Source: Gammaproteobacteria bacterium
Lineage (GTDB): Bacteria; Pseudomonadota; Gammaproteobacteria; Francisellales; CACEW01
Assembly (NCBI GenBank): GCA_030652335.1
Contig: JAUSAW010000006.1
Span: 96,499-160,498 of the forward strand
DNA length: 64,000 nt
Direction: 5' to 3'
Shown here: piece by piece, positions 43,661 to 52,363 of the stretch
How positions within the stretch are numbered: the first letter of the stretch is position 1
Layout of the letters: each line of letters begins with the position of its first letter
Program-made: the position numbers and the translations under genes
Notes under the pieces: model-generated
What the model saw: only the letters and a program-made list of their open reading frames with translations
What the model was told of the DNA's origin: nothing
The model's database searches: none

Positions 43661-44668
43661 ATGAAGGTTTTAGGCATAGAAACATCGTGTGACGATAGTG
43701 GTATTGCGCTTTACGATACCGAGCAAGGCTTGCTCGCGCATACTATATATAGTCAGACGGCCTTGCATGTCGAATATGGTGGGGTAGTGCCAGAGCTTGC
43801 CTGCCGAGATCATATTCGCCAAGTGTTGCCTTTAATCGAGCAGGTTTGTATAGAAGCCAAGATTAAACCTAGCGAGATCGATGGCATTGCCTATACCGCA
43901 GGCCCAGGATTATCTGGGGCTTTAATGGTCGGAGCTGGAATAGCTCAGGCTTTAAGTTTAGTCTGGAACGTTCCAACGCTTGGCATCCATCATCTGGAAG
44001 GCCATCTATTAGCGCCTATGTTAGAAGAGCATAAGCCGGACTTTCCTTTTGTGGCCCTATTGGTTTCGGGTGGACATACCATGCTGGTTAAGGTATCCGG
44101 TCTTGGCGAATATGAAATACTAGGTGAATCCTTGGACGATGCCGCGGGTGAAGCCTTCGATAAAACCGCTAAGTTATTAGGCTTGCCCTACCCAGGGGGA
44201 GCGCCGTTAAGTAAACTGGCCGAAAAAGGTCAGGCTGGGCGCTTGCGTTTCCCAAGGCCTATGCTCGATAGACCAGGCTTGGATTTTAGCTTTAGCGGCT
44301 TAAAAACGGCGGTTTTGCGAGTGCTTGAGGCGACCGATCCCACCGAACAAACTAAAGCAGATATTGCGTATGCCTTTCAAGAAGCTATGGTGGCTACCTT
44401 AGCTGAAAAATGCAAGAGAGCTTTAGAGCATACCGGTTTAAACCGTTTAGTCTTAGCCGGTGGCGTCAGCGCCAATCGACTATTACGTCAACGCCTCGAT
44501 GAGATTTCAAAGGCGAAAGGCTTTACATTGTTTTATCCCAGAACCGAATTTTGTACCGATAATGGTGCCATGATAGCCTTAGCCGGTGCTATGCGATTAA
44601 AGGCCGGCCAGCCTAGATCTTTAAATATTCAAGTAAAGCCACGCTGGCTACTAACTGATATTACTTAA
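43661..44668 (+). CDS. tsaD: tRNA N6-adenosine threonylcarbamoyltransferase
   Basis: 335 aa with [23 protein letters not shown] and the Kae1/TsaD fold motifs. Confidence 0.95.
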   Translation: MKVLGIETSCDDSGIALYDTEQGLLAHTIYSQTALHVEYGGVVPELACRDHIRQVLPLIEQVCIEAKIKPSEIDGIAYTAGPGLSGALMVGAGIAQALSLVWNVPTLGIHHLEGHLLAPMLEEHKPDFPFVALLVSGGHTMLVKVSGLGEYEILGESLDDAAGEAFDKTAKLLGLPYPGGAPLSKLAEKGQAGRLRFPRPMLDRPGLDFSFSGLKTAVLRVLEATDPTEQTKADIAYAFQEAMVATLAEKCKRALEHTGLNRLVLAGGVSANRLLRQRLDEISKAKGFTLFYPRTEFCTDNGAMIALAGAMRLKAGQPRSLNIQVKPRWLLTDIT

Positions 44669-45204
44669 AGGCATGCGCCCTTTCCTTCGACTTCTCTGGC
44701 AGGAGGTATACCTATGCCTGTTCCGGAAAATGGCGTGATTACAGGGGGCGTAAGGGAAGGAGGCAAAGCAGATAACCTAGCTAATGCCTTTCTATCATTA
44801 GAGAATACGGCTGCCTTAACTGTCATAAAATAAGTGGAATCAGCTAAGACAAATGCCCGGCTAGGTTTATCTAAAATATCATCACGAACCATCATGCATA
44901 ACTCACCAACATGAATGTCATTATATATTTGGCACCATTCCCATAGGCTATAAAAATTTTGATACATTTTTTTCGTTACAGAAGAAAGCGCACATAAGTC
45001 ATTAACTGTCTCGCGAGTAGCACCCGTTATTCCCTCGGAACTTAAATAAATCAGATCTAGCATTAGCCCAAATAGATGAACCTTACCTTTATTAGTCATA
45101 AGATAAGAGGCGTTCACAGCAGCGTATTTAGGGTCTAAAAATTTTGAAATGTGTTCCCTAGTTTTCTTCGGCAATCCTTGCACAGTATTTCTCCATGAGT
45201 TCAT
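44665..45204 (-). CDS. Hypothetical protein (orphan)
   Basis: ~179 aa from the first ATG; the listed ORF starts at a TTG. I recognise no motif. It lies in an AT-rich insert between tsaD and pgi, and its 3' end overlaps the tsaD stop by 4 nt. Confidence 0.45.
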   Translation of the reverse strand: MNSWRNTVQGLPKKTREHISKFLDPKYAAVNASYLMTNKGKVHLFGLMLDLIYLSSEGITGATRETVNDLCALSSVTKKMYQNFYSLWEWCQIYNDIHVGELCMMVRDDILDKPSRAFVLADSTYFMTVKAAVFSNDRKALARLSALPPSLTPPVITPFSGTGIGIPPAREVEGKGACL

Positions 45205-45356
45205 TCTCAGTGGCAATACTATATTGATAAGCTTAAGGGAATATTAAGAGACAGTATTGTAGTAAATATATTATTAATAAATAGCGAATAGCTTACAAAT
45301 TTTAGCAAAAACATTTGGTAAGATGTGAGTAAGAGTAATGCGCTAAGGAGAGCAAT

Positions 45357-45572
45357 ATGTTTGGACCAGAAAAAGCAAGAGATCGACGTTATGGCCGTTC
45401 AGAGCCTGTATTAGGTAGGGAGCGTAAAGATAGTTCAGCTTCAGGCGCAAGTTCTAGCTTAGTGCTGCTTTGGGAGCATCCAACACCATTTTTAACAGCA
45501 AAAAAGGCGGCAGCAGCTGCGAAACCAGAACTTGGCAACAAGGGCCCGGTAGAGTTTAGGCCAAGATCTTAA
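45357..45572 (+). CDS. Small basic hypothetical protein
   Basis: 71 aa with a strong AAGGAG Shine-Dalgarno sequence 6 nt before the ATG. The composition looks disordered (Arg/Ser/Ala/Lys-rich). Confidence 0.4.
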   Translation: MFGPEKARDRRYGRSEPVLGRERKDSSASGASSSLVLLWEHPTPFLTAKKAAAAAKPELGNKGPVEFRPRS

Positions 45573-47173
45573 TTTTTAAGTTTTTTAAACCGAGCAATTA
45601 AATTTTGAGTCGAGCTATCATATTGGTTCGGCTCATTTTTATTTAATAAGCTTTTAAAAATAGGCTCGCCTAGTTGTTTACCAAGTTCAACGCCCCATTG
45701 ATCGAAGGCGTTAATATTCCAAATTACGCTTTGCACAAAAATCTTATGTTCATAAAGGGCGATTAAAGCCCCAATAGTCTCTGGAGTAAATTTCTCAGTT
45801 AGGAGCATATTATTAGGTTTATTGCCCGGAATGACTTTATGGGTGGCGAGACGTTTAGCATTTTCTTCAGATAGCCCTTGGCGAATTAATTCGGCATAAG
45901 CCTCATCCCAGGTCTTGCCTTGCATAAGTGCTTGGGATTGGGCTAAGCAATTAGCATAGAGAGCAGCATGATGTTCGCCAGTAGGATTATGGGTTTGTAC
46001 GGGAATGATAAAATCCACCGGTACTAATGGCGTGCCTTGATGCAGCAGTTGATGAAAAGCATGTTGGCCATTGGTACCCACTCCACCCCAAATAACCGGC
46101 CCAGTGGCATAGGTGACTGGCTTGCCATCAAGGGTAACCGACTTGCCATTGCTTTCCATATCGGCCTGTTGCAGATAGGAAGGTAGAAAATGCAGATAAT
46201 CATCGTAAGGTAATACGGCATAGCTATGAGCGTTAAAGAAATTGTTATACCAGATGCCAAGTAAGGCCATGATAATCGGCATATTTTGGGAGAACTCAGC
46301 GGTTTTAAAATGCTGATCCATGGCATGAGCGCCTTTTAATAGATCGACAAAACCATTCATGCCTATGCTTAAGGCAATTGGCATGCCGATGCTAGACCAA
46401 AGCGAATAACGGCCGCCTACCCAGTCCCACATTTCAAAACAGTTTTCAGCATTAATACCAAAAGCGATAACCTTGTCTACCTTGGAGGATATGGCGATAA
46501 AATGTTGAGCTATAGCAGATTCATTAGGAGCTTTTTCTAAAACCCAGGCTTTGGCTGTTTGAGCATTCATCAGGGTTTCTTGGGTGCTAAAAGTCTTGGA
46601 GGCGATGATAAACAGCGTGGTTTCCGGATTCAGCTTTTGTAGGGTTTCCGTAATATCCGTACCATCGACATTCGATACAAAATGGCAGTTTACATGGCCT
46701 GTATGATAGGGTTTTAAGGCATGAGTGACCATTTTGGGCCCCAAATCTGAGCCGCCGATGCCGATATTGACCACGTCTGTGATTTTCTTACCGCTAAAGC
46801 CTAGCCATTTACCCGAATGCACCGCTTCGACCAGTTTGCGCATTTTACTAAGCTGAGCCGCTACGGCTGGCAATACATCGATCTGATTGCGCAAAGCGAC
46901 ATGCAGTACGGCACGATCTTCGGTTAGATTAATTTTTTCACCGGCAAACATGGCGTCAATTTTATGGCGAAGGCCAGATGTTTCGGCTAATTGAATCAAT
47001 AGCTTAAGGGTTTCATCGCTAATGCGATTTTTAGAATAATCGAGCTCTAATCCGCAGGCCTGTAAAGTGTAGCGATCGGCGCGTTTAGGGTCCGCTATAA
47101 ACCAGTCTCGCATATGCTCTGAGCAAATGGTTTGGTAATGATCTTGAAGTTTTTGCCAGGCAGGTGAATTCAT
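45569..47173 (-). CDS. pgi: Glucose-6-phosphate isomerase
   Basis: I placed the start at MNSPAWQKLQDHY, which aligns with E. coli Pgi ...AAWQALQKHF. The longer ORF uses a TTG inside lexA. The GIGGSDLGP motif is present. Confidence 0.9.
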   Translation of the reverse strand: MNSPAWQKLQDHYQTICSEHMRDWFIADPKRADRYTLQACGLELDYSKNRISDETLKLLIQLAETSGLRHKIDAMFAGEKINLTEDRAVLHVALRNQIDVLPAVAAQLSKMRKLVEAVHSGKWLGFSGKKITDVVNIGIGGSDLGPKMVTHALKPYHTGHVNCHFVSNVDGTDITETLQKLNPETTLFIIASKTFSTQETLMNAQTAKAWVLEKAPNESAIAQHFIAISSKVDKVIAFGINAENCFEMWDWVGGRYSLWSSIGMPIALSIGMNGFVDLLKGAHAMDQHFKTAEFSQNMPIIMALLGIWYNNFFNAHSYAVLPYDDYLHFLPSYLQQADMESNGKSVTLDGKPVTYATGPVIWGGVGTNGQHAFHQLLHQGTPLVPVDFIIPVQTHNPTGEHHAALYANCLAQSQALMQGKTWDEAYAELIRQGLSEENAKRLATHKVIPGNKPNNMLLTEKFTPETIGALIALYEHKIFVQSVIWNINAFDQWGVELGKQLGEPIFKSLLNKNEPNQYDSSTQNLIARFKKLKN

Positions 47174-47183
47174 AATGGGTCTC

Positions 47184-47786
47184 TTAGTAGTGTCTAAGTT
47201 GTGCAACGAGTATACCTTGGATCTGGACCTGGTCCGCGGGGAAGCTCATCGGTTCCATGTCTTTATTTTCAGGAAGCAGGGTAATGTTTTTAGTATTATC
47301 GCGGCGTAGCCTTTTTAGAGTGGCCTCATAGCCATCGACTAATGCCACTACGATATCGTTATTATTTGCGGTTTGTTGGGCTTGGATTAATACCCAATCC
47401 CCTGGCAAAATGCCGATATCTTTCATGGACTCGCCCTGCACCTCTAGAAAATAGCGCTTATTACGCCCGGCTAAATGCTGGTTAAGATCGATAAATTCGA
47501 TATTTTCAAAGGCTAAAATCGGTTTGCCCGCGGCAATTTTACCAACTAATGGAAAGCCATTTTGCTCGAGCTCTGGAAGGGCTTGTTTTATCCGCAATGC
47601 TCGCGCCATATTGGGGTTGCGTTCTAAATAACCCTGTTCTTCTAGGATTTTAATGTATTTGGTAATCGGGCCTTTTGCCGTCACACCGATGGCGGTGGCG
47701 ATTTCTTCATAGGTAGGCGCATAGCCATGCTGCTTAATATAATGGTCGATAAACTTTAGGACTTGATATTGCTTTTTTGTAAGCAT
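47184..47786 (-). CDS. lexA: LexA repressor
   Basis: 200 aa with an N-terminal wHTH LTKKQYQVLKFIDHYIKQHGYAPTYEEIA, the Ala-Gly cleavage site in KIAAGKPI, catalytic Ser in QGESMKD and Lys in TLKRL. Confidence 0.9.
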   Translation of the reverse strand: MLTKKQYQVLKFIDHYIKQHGYAPTYEEIATAIGVTAKGPITKYIKILEEQGYLERNPNMARALRIKQALPELEQNGFPLVGKIAAGKPILAFENIEFIDLNQHLAGRNKRYFLEVQGESMKDIGILPGDWVLIQAQQTANNNDIVVALVDGYEATLKRLRRDNTKNITLLPENKDMEPMSFPADQVQIQGILVAQLRHY

Positions 47787-47797
47787 AAGGTTTTCCT

Positions 47798-47843
47798 TTC
47801 AATGCATTTATTGAATTATAGGAAACATAAGGGTAACTTGCAA
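47798..47843 (-). promoter_or_regulatory. lexA promoter with a downstream inverted repeat (candidate operator)
   Basis: On the minus strand: TTGCAA (47838-47843), a 17-nt spacer, then TATAAT (47815-47820). This is immediately followed by TTCAAT-N6-ATTGAA (47798-47815). No CTGT-N8-ACAG box is present. Confidence 0.5.
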
Positions 47844-47870
47844 TGGGCGAGCATCACTATTCTTTAGCGT

Positions 47871-47907
47871 TGGATCCCGGGTTCCACTCTGTGGCCGCAG
47901 GATGACA
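47871..47907. repeat. GTCATCC...GGATCC family unit
   Basis: TGGATCC-CGGGTTCCACTCTGTGGCCGCA-GGATGACA. The termini match the 43568 element but the core differs. Confidence 0.55.
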
Positions 47908-47958
47908 AGTTCTTTCACCTATAAAGCTCCAACAGAGCTTGTTGCAGAACTATATTTT

Positions 47959-47993
47959 CTGAATCCTGACGAGATGCGCTGTCTGGATGACGC
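47959..47993. repeat. GTCATCC...GGATTC family unit
   Basis: CTGAATCC-TGACGAGATGCGCTGTCT-GGATGACGC. The termini match the 43568 family. Confidence 0.5.
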
Positions 47994-48024
47994 AACACTA
48001 TCAAGTTGGGAATGACTACATAGT

Positions 48025-48465
48025 TTATGACGACAGGGTTGGTGGCAAAATCAATTCAGGCGCAATTTCAGCCAAAGGCTGTAGTACAAAAGCGCGATTC
48101 ATCATCTCAGGATGAGGAACAGTAAGCTCTGGCAAATCTATAAGCTGATTACCATACAGTAAAATATCGATATCTAAAGTTCGTTCGCCCCAGTGTCGGG
48201 TTTTAATCCTGCCATGTTGTTGCTCAAGCGCTTGGCAAGCTTTCAACAAATCCATCGGTGCTAATTCGGTCTCTAGCTTTACGACCGCATTGATAAAATC
48301 GGGTTGATCTTGTGGGCCTAAGGGTTTGCTGTGATGAAGCGAGGAGTGGTCTAGCATGGTTGTTCTGGGTAAGTTTGCAAGCTCGGTTATGGCCTGATTA
48401 ATCTGATCGATAGGGCTATTTAGATTGCTGCCTAGCCCCAGAAAAACGATCGATTTAACCGGCAT
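48025..48465 (-). CDS. folK: 2-amino-4-hydroxy-6-hydroxymethyldihydropteridine pyrophosphokinase
   Basis: 146 aa with FLGLGSN, RHWGERTLDIDILLY and HPEMMNRAFVLQPL. It overlaps the pcnB stop, as in the E. coli pcnB-folK operon. Confidence 0.85.
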   Translation of the reverse strand: MPVKSIVFLGLGSNLNSPIDQINQAITELANLPRTTMLDHSSLHHSKPLGPQDQPDFINAVVKLETELAPMDLLKACQALEQQHGRIKTRHWGERTLDIDILLYGNQLIDLPELTVPHPEMMNRAFVLQPLAEIAPELILPPTLSS

Positions 48466-49756
48466 TAGCTTTAGATTTTTTCGGTTTTTGTAGGCTGCGA
48501 ATTACCGAAATTTTTGCTTCATGATCAAGGGTTTGCAATTTTTCCCACCACTGTACTAAGGCCATCGGTACTTCGCCAATTTCGCCTCGTAAATATAAGA
48601 AATCATAGGCAGCCCTAAAGCGAGGGTGGGTGAGCACTTTTTCGACTAATTTGGGGCGACGGTTTTCTAAAACGTGTTGCAGGCTCCATATTTCGCGAAT
48701 ATTAGCACTAAATCGCTTAGGCATAGCCATGCGCTTTAATTGCGAGGATAGGATTTCGGTAGCGGCATGATTAAAGGCTTCTAGTTTAAGCTCACCGGCC
48801 TGCATAAATTCTTGTTGACGTAACGTAACGGCACGCCATAAAAACACGCTTATTAAAAAGGCCGGATTTACGCCTTTTTGTTCGATATAGCGATAGTCTG
48901 TGTTGCGCAGGGCGATGCCAGCTAATTTCGTAAAGTTAGCGTCATCGACATAAGCTATGGTTGCTGGGAATAAAGTAATAAAGATATGATGTTTATTTAA
49001 GACCGCAAAATTGCCAATGGCATGTCCATGTAAAAATAATTTAGTATATTCATCGAATAGTCTGGCGCCAGGCATTTGATCTAAGAAGGGCAGGGTTTCT
49101 GCAATGGCGCGTTCGGTTTCTGGCTCGAGCGTAAAGCTAAGCTTGGTAGCGATACGGATGGCGCGTAATATCCGCACCGGATCTTCTTTAAATCGGGCTA
49201 CAGGATTGCCAATGACGCGGATTTGTTTGGCTTTAAAGTCGCCAATGCCATCGGTGTAGTCACAAATGCTATTATCAGCTGGATTGTAATATAGGGCATT
49301 AACGGTAAAGTCACGCCGTAGAGCATCTTCTTCTACCGAGCCGTATACATTATCTCGAGTAATAATACCGTCTCTATGGCTAGCCTGGTTTACATCGACG
49401 GCATGCGTGTGATCGCGACGAAAGGTTGCCACCTCAAAAATATGGCGTTTGAAATAAACATGGGCCAAGCGAAAGCGCCGACCAATAATGAGACAATGGT
49501 TAAATAAGCCCTTAACTTGTTCTGGCGTGGCATTGGTGGCGATATCGAAATCTTTAGGATGCAGGGAGACTAATTGATCTCTTACCCCGCCGCCGACAAT
49601 AAAAGCCTGATAGCCCCCATCTTGCAAGGTTTTAATAATTTGCAAGGCGTGAGGGTGGAAATCAGAAGGCTTAAGCCGCCATTCTGCCGCAGAATAAACC
49701 TGGGATTTTTGGGAAGGGGGAGCTTCTTTAGTGCGTTTAAAAATGGAAAATTTCAT
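48455..49756 (-). CDS. pcnB: Poly(A) polymerase I
   Basis: 433 aa with FIVGGGVRDQL, DFDIAT and the RRDFTVNALYY motifs of the CCA/PAP nucleotidyltransferase family. Confidence 0.9.
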   Translation of the reverse strand: MKFSIFKRTKEAPPSQKSQVYSAAEWRLKPSDFHPHALQIIKTLQDGGYQAFIVGGGVRDQLVSLHPKDFDIATNATPEQVKGLFNHCLIIGRRFRLAHVYFKRHIFEVATFRRDHTHAVDVNQASHRDGIITRDNVYGSVEEDALRRDFTVNALYYNPADNSICDYTDGIGDFKAKQIRVIGNPVARFKEDPVRILRAIRIATKLSFTLEPETERAIAETLPFLDQMPGARLFDEYTKLFLHGHAIGNFAVLNKHHIFITLFPATIAYVDDANFTKLAGIALRNTDYRYIEQKGVNPAFLISVFLWRAVTLRQQEFMQAGELKLEAFNHAATEILSSQLKRMAMPKRFSANIREIWSLQHVLENRRPKLVEKVLTHPRFRAAYDFLYLRGEIGEVPMALVQWWEKLQTLDHEAKISVIRSLQKPKKSKANAG

Positions 49757-49803
49757 GGATACAACTCAAGGGCCAAAACAATGAACATTTTGACCCTATT
49801 AAA

Positions 49804-50229
49804 TTAACTATATAACTGTTTCTCTTTAATTTCATCGAGAGTTTTACAGTCGATACATAGAGTCGCTGTTGGGCGAGCCTCTAAGCGACGCGTACCGATT
49901 TCAGAGCCACAGGCTTTGCAATAACCATAATCATGGGTTTGGATGCTTTCGAGAGATTGTTCAATTTTATTGATTAGCTTGCGCTCACGATCTCGCGCCC
50001 TAAGTTCTAAGCTAAATTCTTCTTCTTGAGCAGCACGATCCACAGGATCAGGGAAATTAGCGGCCTCATCTTTCATATGGCTTACGGTGCGATCGACCAT
50101 AGCCATTAAGTTTTGTTTCCAATCGTTAAGAATCGCTTCGAAATGCTTAAGCATTTTAGCCGACATGTATTCTTCACCTTTTTTTTCTTTATAAGGTTCG
50201 AATTTATGGAGAGTTTCTGAATTTGCCAT
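49804..50229 (-). CDS. dksA: RNA polymerase-binding transcription factor DksA
   Basis: 141 aa with a coiled-coil carrying the acidic tip region and a C4 zinc finger CKACGSEI...CIDC. Confidence 0.9.
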   Translation of the reverse strand: MANSETLHKFEPYKEKKGEEYMSAKMLKHFEAILNDWKQNLMAMVDRTVSHMKDEAANFPDPVDRAAQEEEFSLELRARDRERKLINKIEQSLESIQTHDYGYCKACGSEIGTRRLEARPTATLCIDCKTLDEIKEKQLYS

Positions 50230-50319
50230 ATTAATTCCTTAAAAACGCGCAAGATTTATGGAGTATATTGAAGCAGATATATCGATCAGGCGCAATAAAA
50301 ATTATTGGAAACCATATGC

Positions 50320-51027
50320 TTAGTTCGCATTTGGGACATTTTTTTGCATGGCATTGAGCTTATAGAATAGCACTAAAATAAGCGCATTGCTAAATGGTAT
50401 TAAGATGCTGGTGGCTAAAACGCCTAGCGCTTCTTCCACCCCAAAATTAGTGCTTAAACTGACATTAAGCTGGCTGGCTAATAGCTGTGGCAATAAGAGC
50501 AAGGCTAGATTTAAGGCTAAAATGGTAAAGGCGGCGAAAAATTGTGGAGCCACTAGTTTAAAACTAAGCTGTAAGGCACCAACACCGTGCTTTTTCATAA
50601 ATAAAACGGCTGGGGAGTAGAGTGCAAATACAGTCATGAGCAAAACACCGGGCACGATATATAAAAACAAACCCGCTGAAACCATTATTGAAAACATCGT
50701 TGCAGCTAAAATCAATGCAGGTAGGCATTTAAGGGTGTAAGTGGCGGCCTGTGGGATGGTCAATTTATAGGAATAAAGGTAGGCATTTTGACAGACTTGA
50801 ATAATAGCGTTACCAATTAATGTTATCAACCACATACCAATTAGAGCCGCCACGAGGGTAGGCCAGGATTGAACGCTAATATTATCGCCGCTTTGAATCA
50901 TAGTGCCATTGACAGCCCATAAGGCTAATTGGCTAATCAACGCCATGGCAAAGGCCAGAGGATAAATTTGTTGAAAACTTACTTTGTAGAGTAGAGCGCT
51001 TTTCTTAATAGTTTCAAATATATTCAT
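50320..51027 (-). CDS. Polytopic membrane protein (YciC/UPF0259-like architecture)
   Basis: 235 aa with about six hydrophobic helices and no catalytic motif. Confidence 0.55.
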   Translation of the reverse strand: MNIFETIKKSALLYKVSFQQIYPLAFAMALISQLALWAVNGTMIQSGDNISVQSWPTLVAALIGMWLITLIGNAIIQVCQNAYLYSYKLTIPQAATYTLKCLPALILAATMFSIMVSAGLFLYIVPGVLLMTVFALYSPAVLFMKKHGVGALQLSFKLVAPQFFAAFTILALNLALLLLPQLLASQLNVSLSTNFGVEEALGVLATSILIPFSNALILVLFYKLNAMQKNVPNAN

Positions 51028-51354
51028 TAAATGGGCCTAATTTCATGGTCGTTTGACTAGCGTATAATAGCGTAAAGTCTGCTACTTTAACATCCCGACT
51101 GGCGAAATCTTTAGGGGCTCCCGCTCAAATAGCAGGAGACCTTTCCCGAGATTTAATGCGGCGCTAAAAGTGACAATCACCTTGACAGCTTAGCTGCTGG
51201 GCAAGGCCAAACCTAGATCCTGATGAATGCTACCCATTATCAGGGCACAATGAAGCTCACGCAACGCCTTAACTTATATCTACAATTTTGAGTGGGAGCT
51301 GCTGCGAAATCTTGAAATTTTGCGTACTATACAGTAAATAGGCGAGGGTAACAT

Positions 51355-52296
51355 ATGAGCTCATTTCCAAAGATCATGGTAGTCGGAGCGGGTGTAAATG
51401 GCCTTTGTTGTGGCATTACCCTGCTAGAAGGCGGTTTTACGGAGGTTGAAATTATCGCCGAAGATCTCTCACCCCATACTACTTCTGATATTGCTGCGGC
51501 TATTTGGCGACCTTCGCATATGCAAAATGAACATTTGGCTAAATGGTGTGAAACGAGCCTAAGTCAGCTTATGCTCTTAAGCAAAAATACGCATTCTGGT
51601 GTTTCATGGGTAACTCGAACCGAATTTTATCGGGAATTTACCTCGCCAGTTTGGCAGAATTTAGTCGAGCACGTTAAACCGGCGGCTAAAATGCCAGCCG
51701 CCTATCAGCATATGCTTAGTTATAAAGTTCCCTTAATGGACACCACTATTTACATGGATTATTTAATAAATAGCTTTGTGAAGTTAGGTGGCAAGATAAA
51801 CCAAGAAAAAATAAAGGCCTGGCAGGATATTAAAGCAGCCGATGTAATCGTAAATTGCAGCGGTTTAGGAGCTTTAGACCTAGCTAAAGATGAATCGGTT
51901 TATCCTATTCGAGGCCAAGTCGTCGTTGTGGAAAGGCCGGCAAGATTTACCGCCAGTATCGCGGCCCCCGAAGATTTTATTTATATCATCGCCCGAAAAA
52001 ACGATTGTATTGTCGGTGGCACGGCGGAAAAAAATGATTGGCACACTAAGCCAGATCCTAAGATTGCAAAGCAAATAATGGCACAAGCTGCCGAGATTTA
52101 TCCGGCTATCACCAAGCAAAAAATCATTGGCCACAAGGTCGGCTTGCGCCCAGGTCGGCCTAGTGTAAGATTGGAAAGCGATTGGGATAGTCAGGGCAGG
52201 TTGTTAATTCATAATTATGGACATGGTGGCGCCGGGCATTCCTTATCATGGGGTTGCGCTAAGGCCGTGCTTGAGTTGATACTGTTTGGAAATTAA
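51355..52296 (+). CDS. FAD-dependent D-amino-acid oxidase-like oxidoreductase
   Basis: 313 aa with an N-terminal Rossmann motif VVGAGVNGL. The C-terminal HNYGHGGAGHSLSWGCA closely resembles the eukaryotic DAAO signature HNYGHGGYGLTIHWGCA. Confidence 0.8.
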   Translation: MSSFPKIMVVGAGVNGLCCGITLLEGGFTEVEIIAEDLSPHTTSDIAAAIWRPSHMQNEHLAKWCETSLSQLMLLSKNTHSGVSWVTRTEFYREFTSPVWQNLVEHVKPAAKMPAAYQHMLSYKVPLMDTTIYMDYLINSFVKLGGKINQEKIKAWQDIKAADVIVNCSGLGALDLAKDESVYPIRGQVVVVERPARFTASIAAPEDFIYIIARKNDCIVGGTAEKNDWHTKPDPKIAKQIMAQAAEIYPAITKQKIIGHKVGLRPGRPSVRLESDWDSQGRLLIHNYGHGGAGHSLSWGCAKAVLELILFGN

Positions 52297-52300
52297 TAAA

Positions 52301-52352
52301 CCTCGCCCCTTGTGGGAGAGGTCAAAAAAGCAAAGCTTTTGAGGGAGAGGGG
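52301..52352. repeat. Second (half) copy of the CCTCNCCC/GGGAGAGG palindromic element
   Basis: CCTCGCCCCTTGTGGGAGAGGTCAAAAAAGCAAAGCTTTTGAGGGAGAGGGG is identical at 50 of 52 positions to 38142-38193. Confidence 0.85.
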
Positions 52353-52363
52353 ACTTAATTCAC

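Noticed and set aside
51028-51354. Glycine riboswitch or SRP/RNase P RNA upstream of the DAAO-like gene.
   Set aside because: The conserved cores are absent. These include the glycine-aptamer CCGAAGG/GGAGAG pairs, the SRP GGAA tetraloop region and the RNase P universal helices. The region is kept only as an unassigned structured-RNA/MITE candidate.
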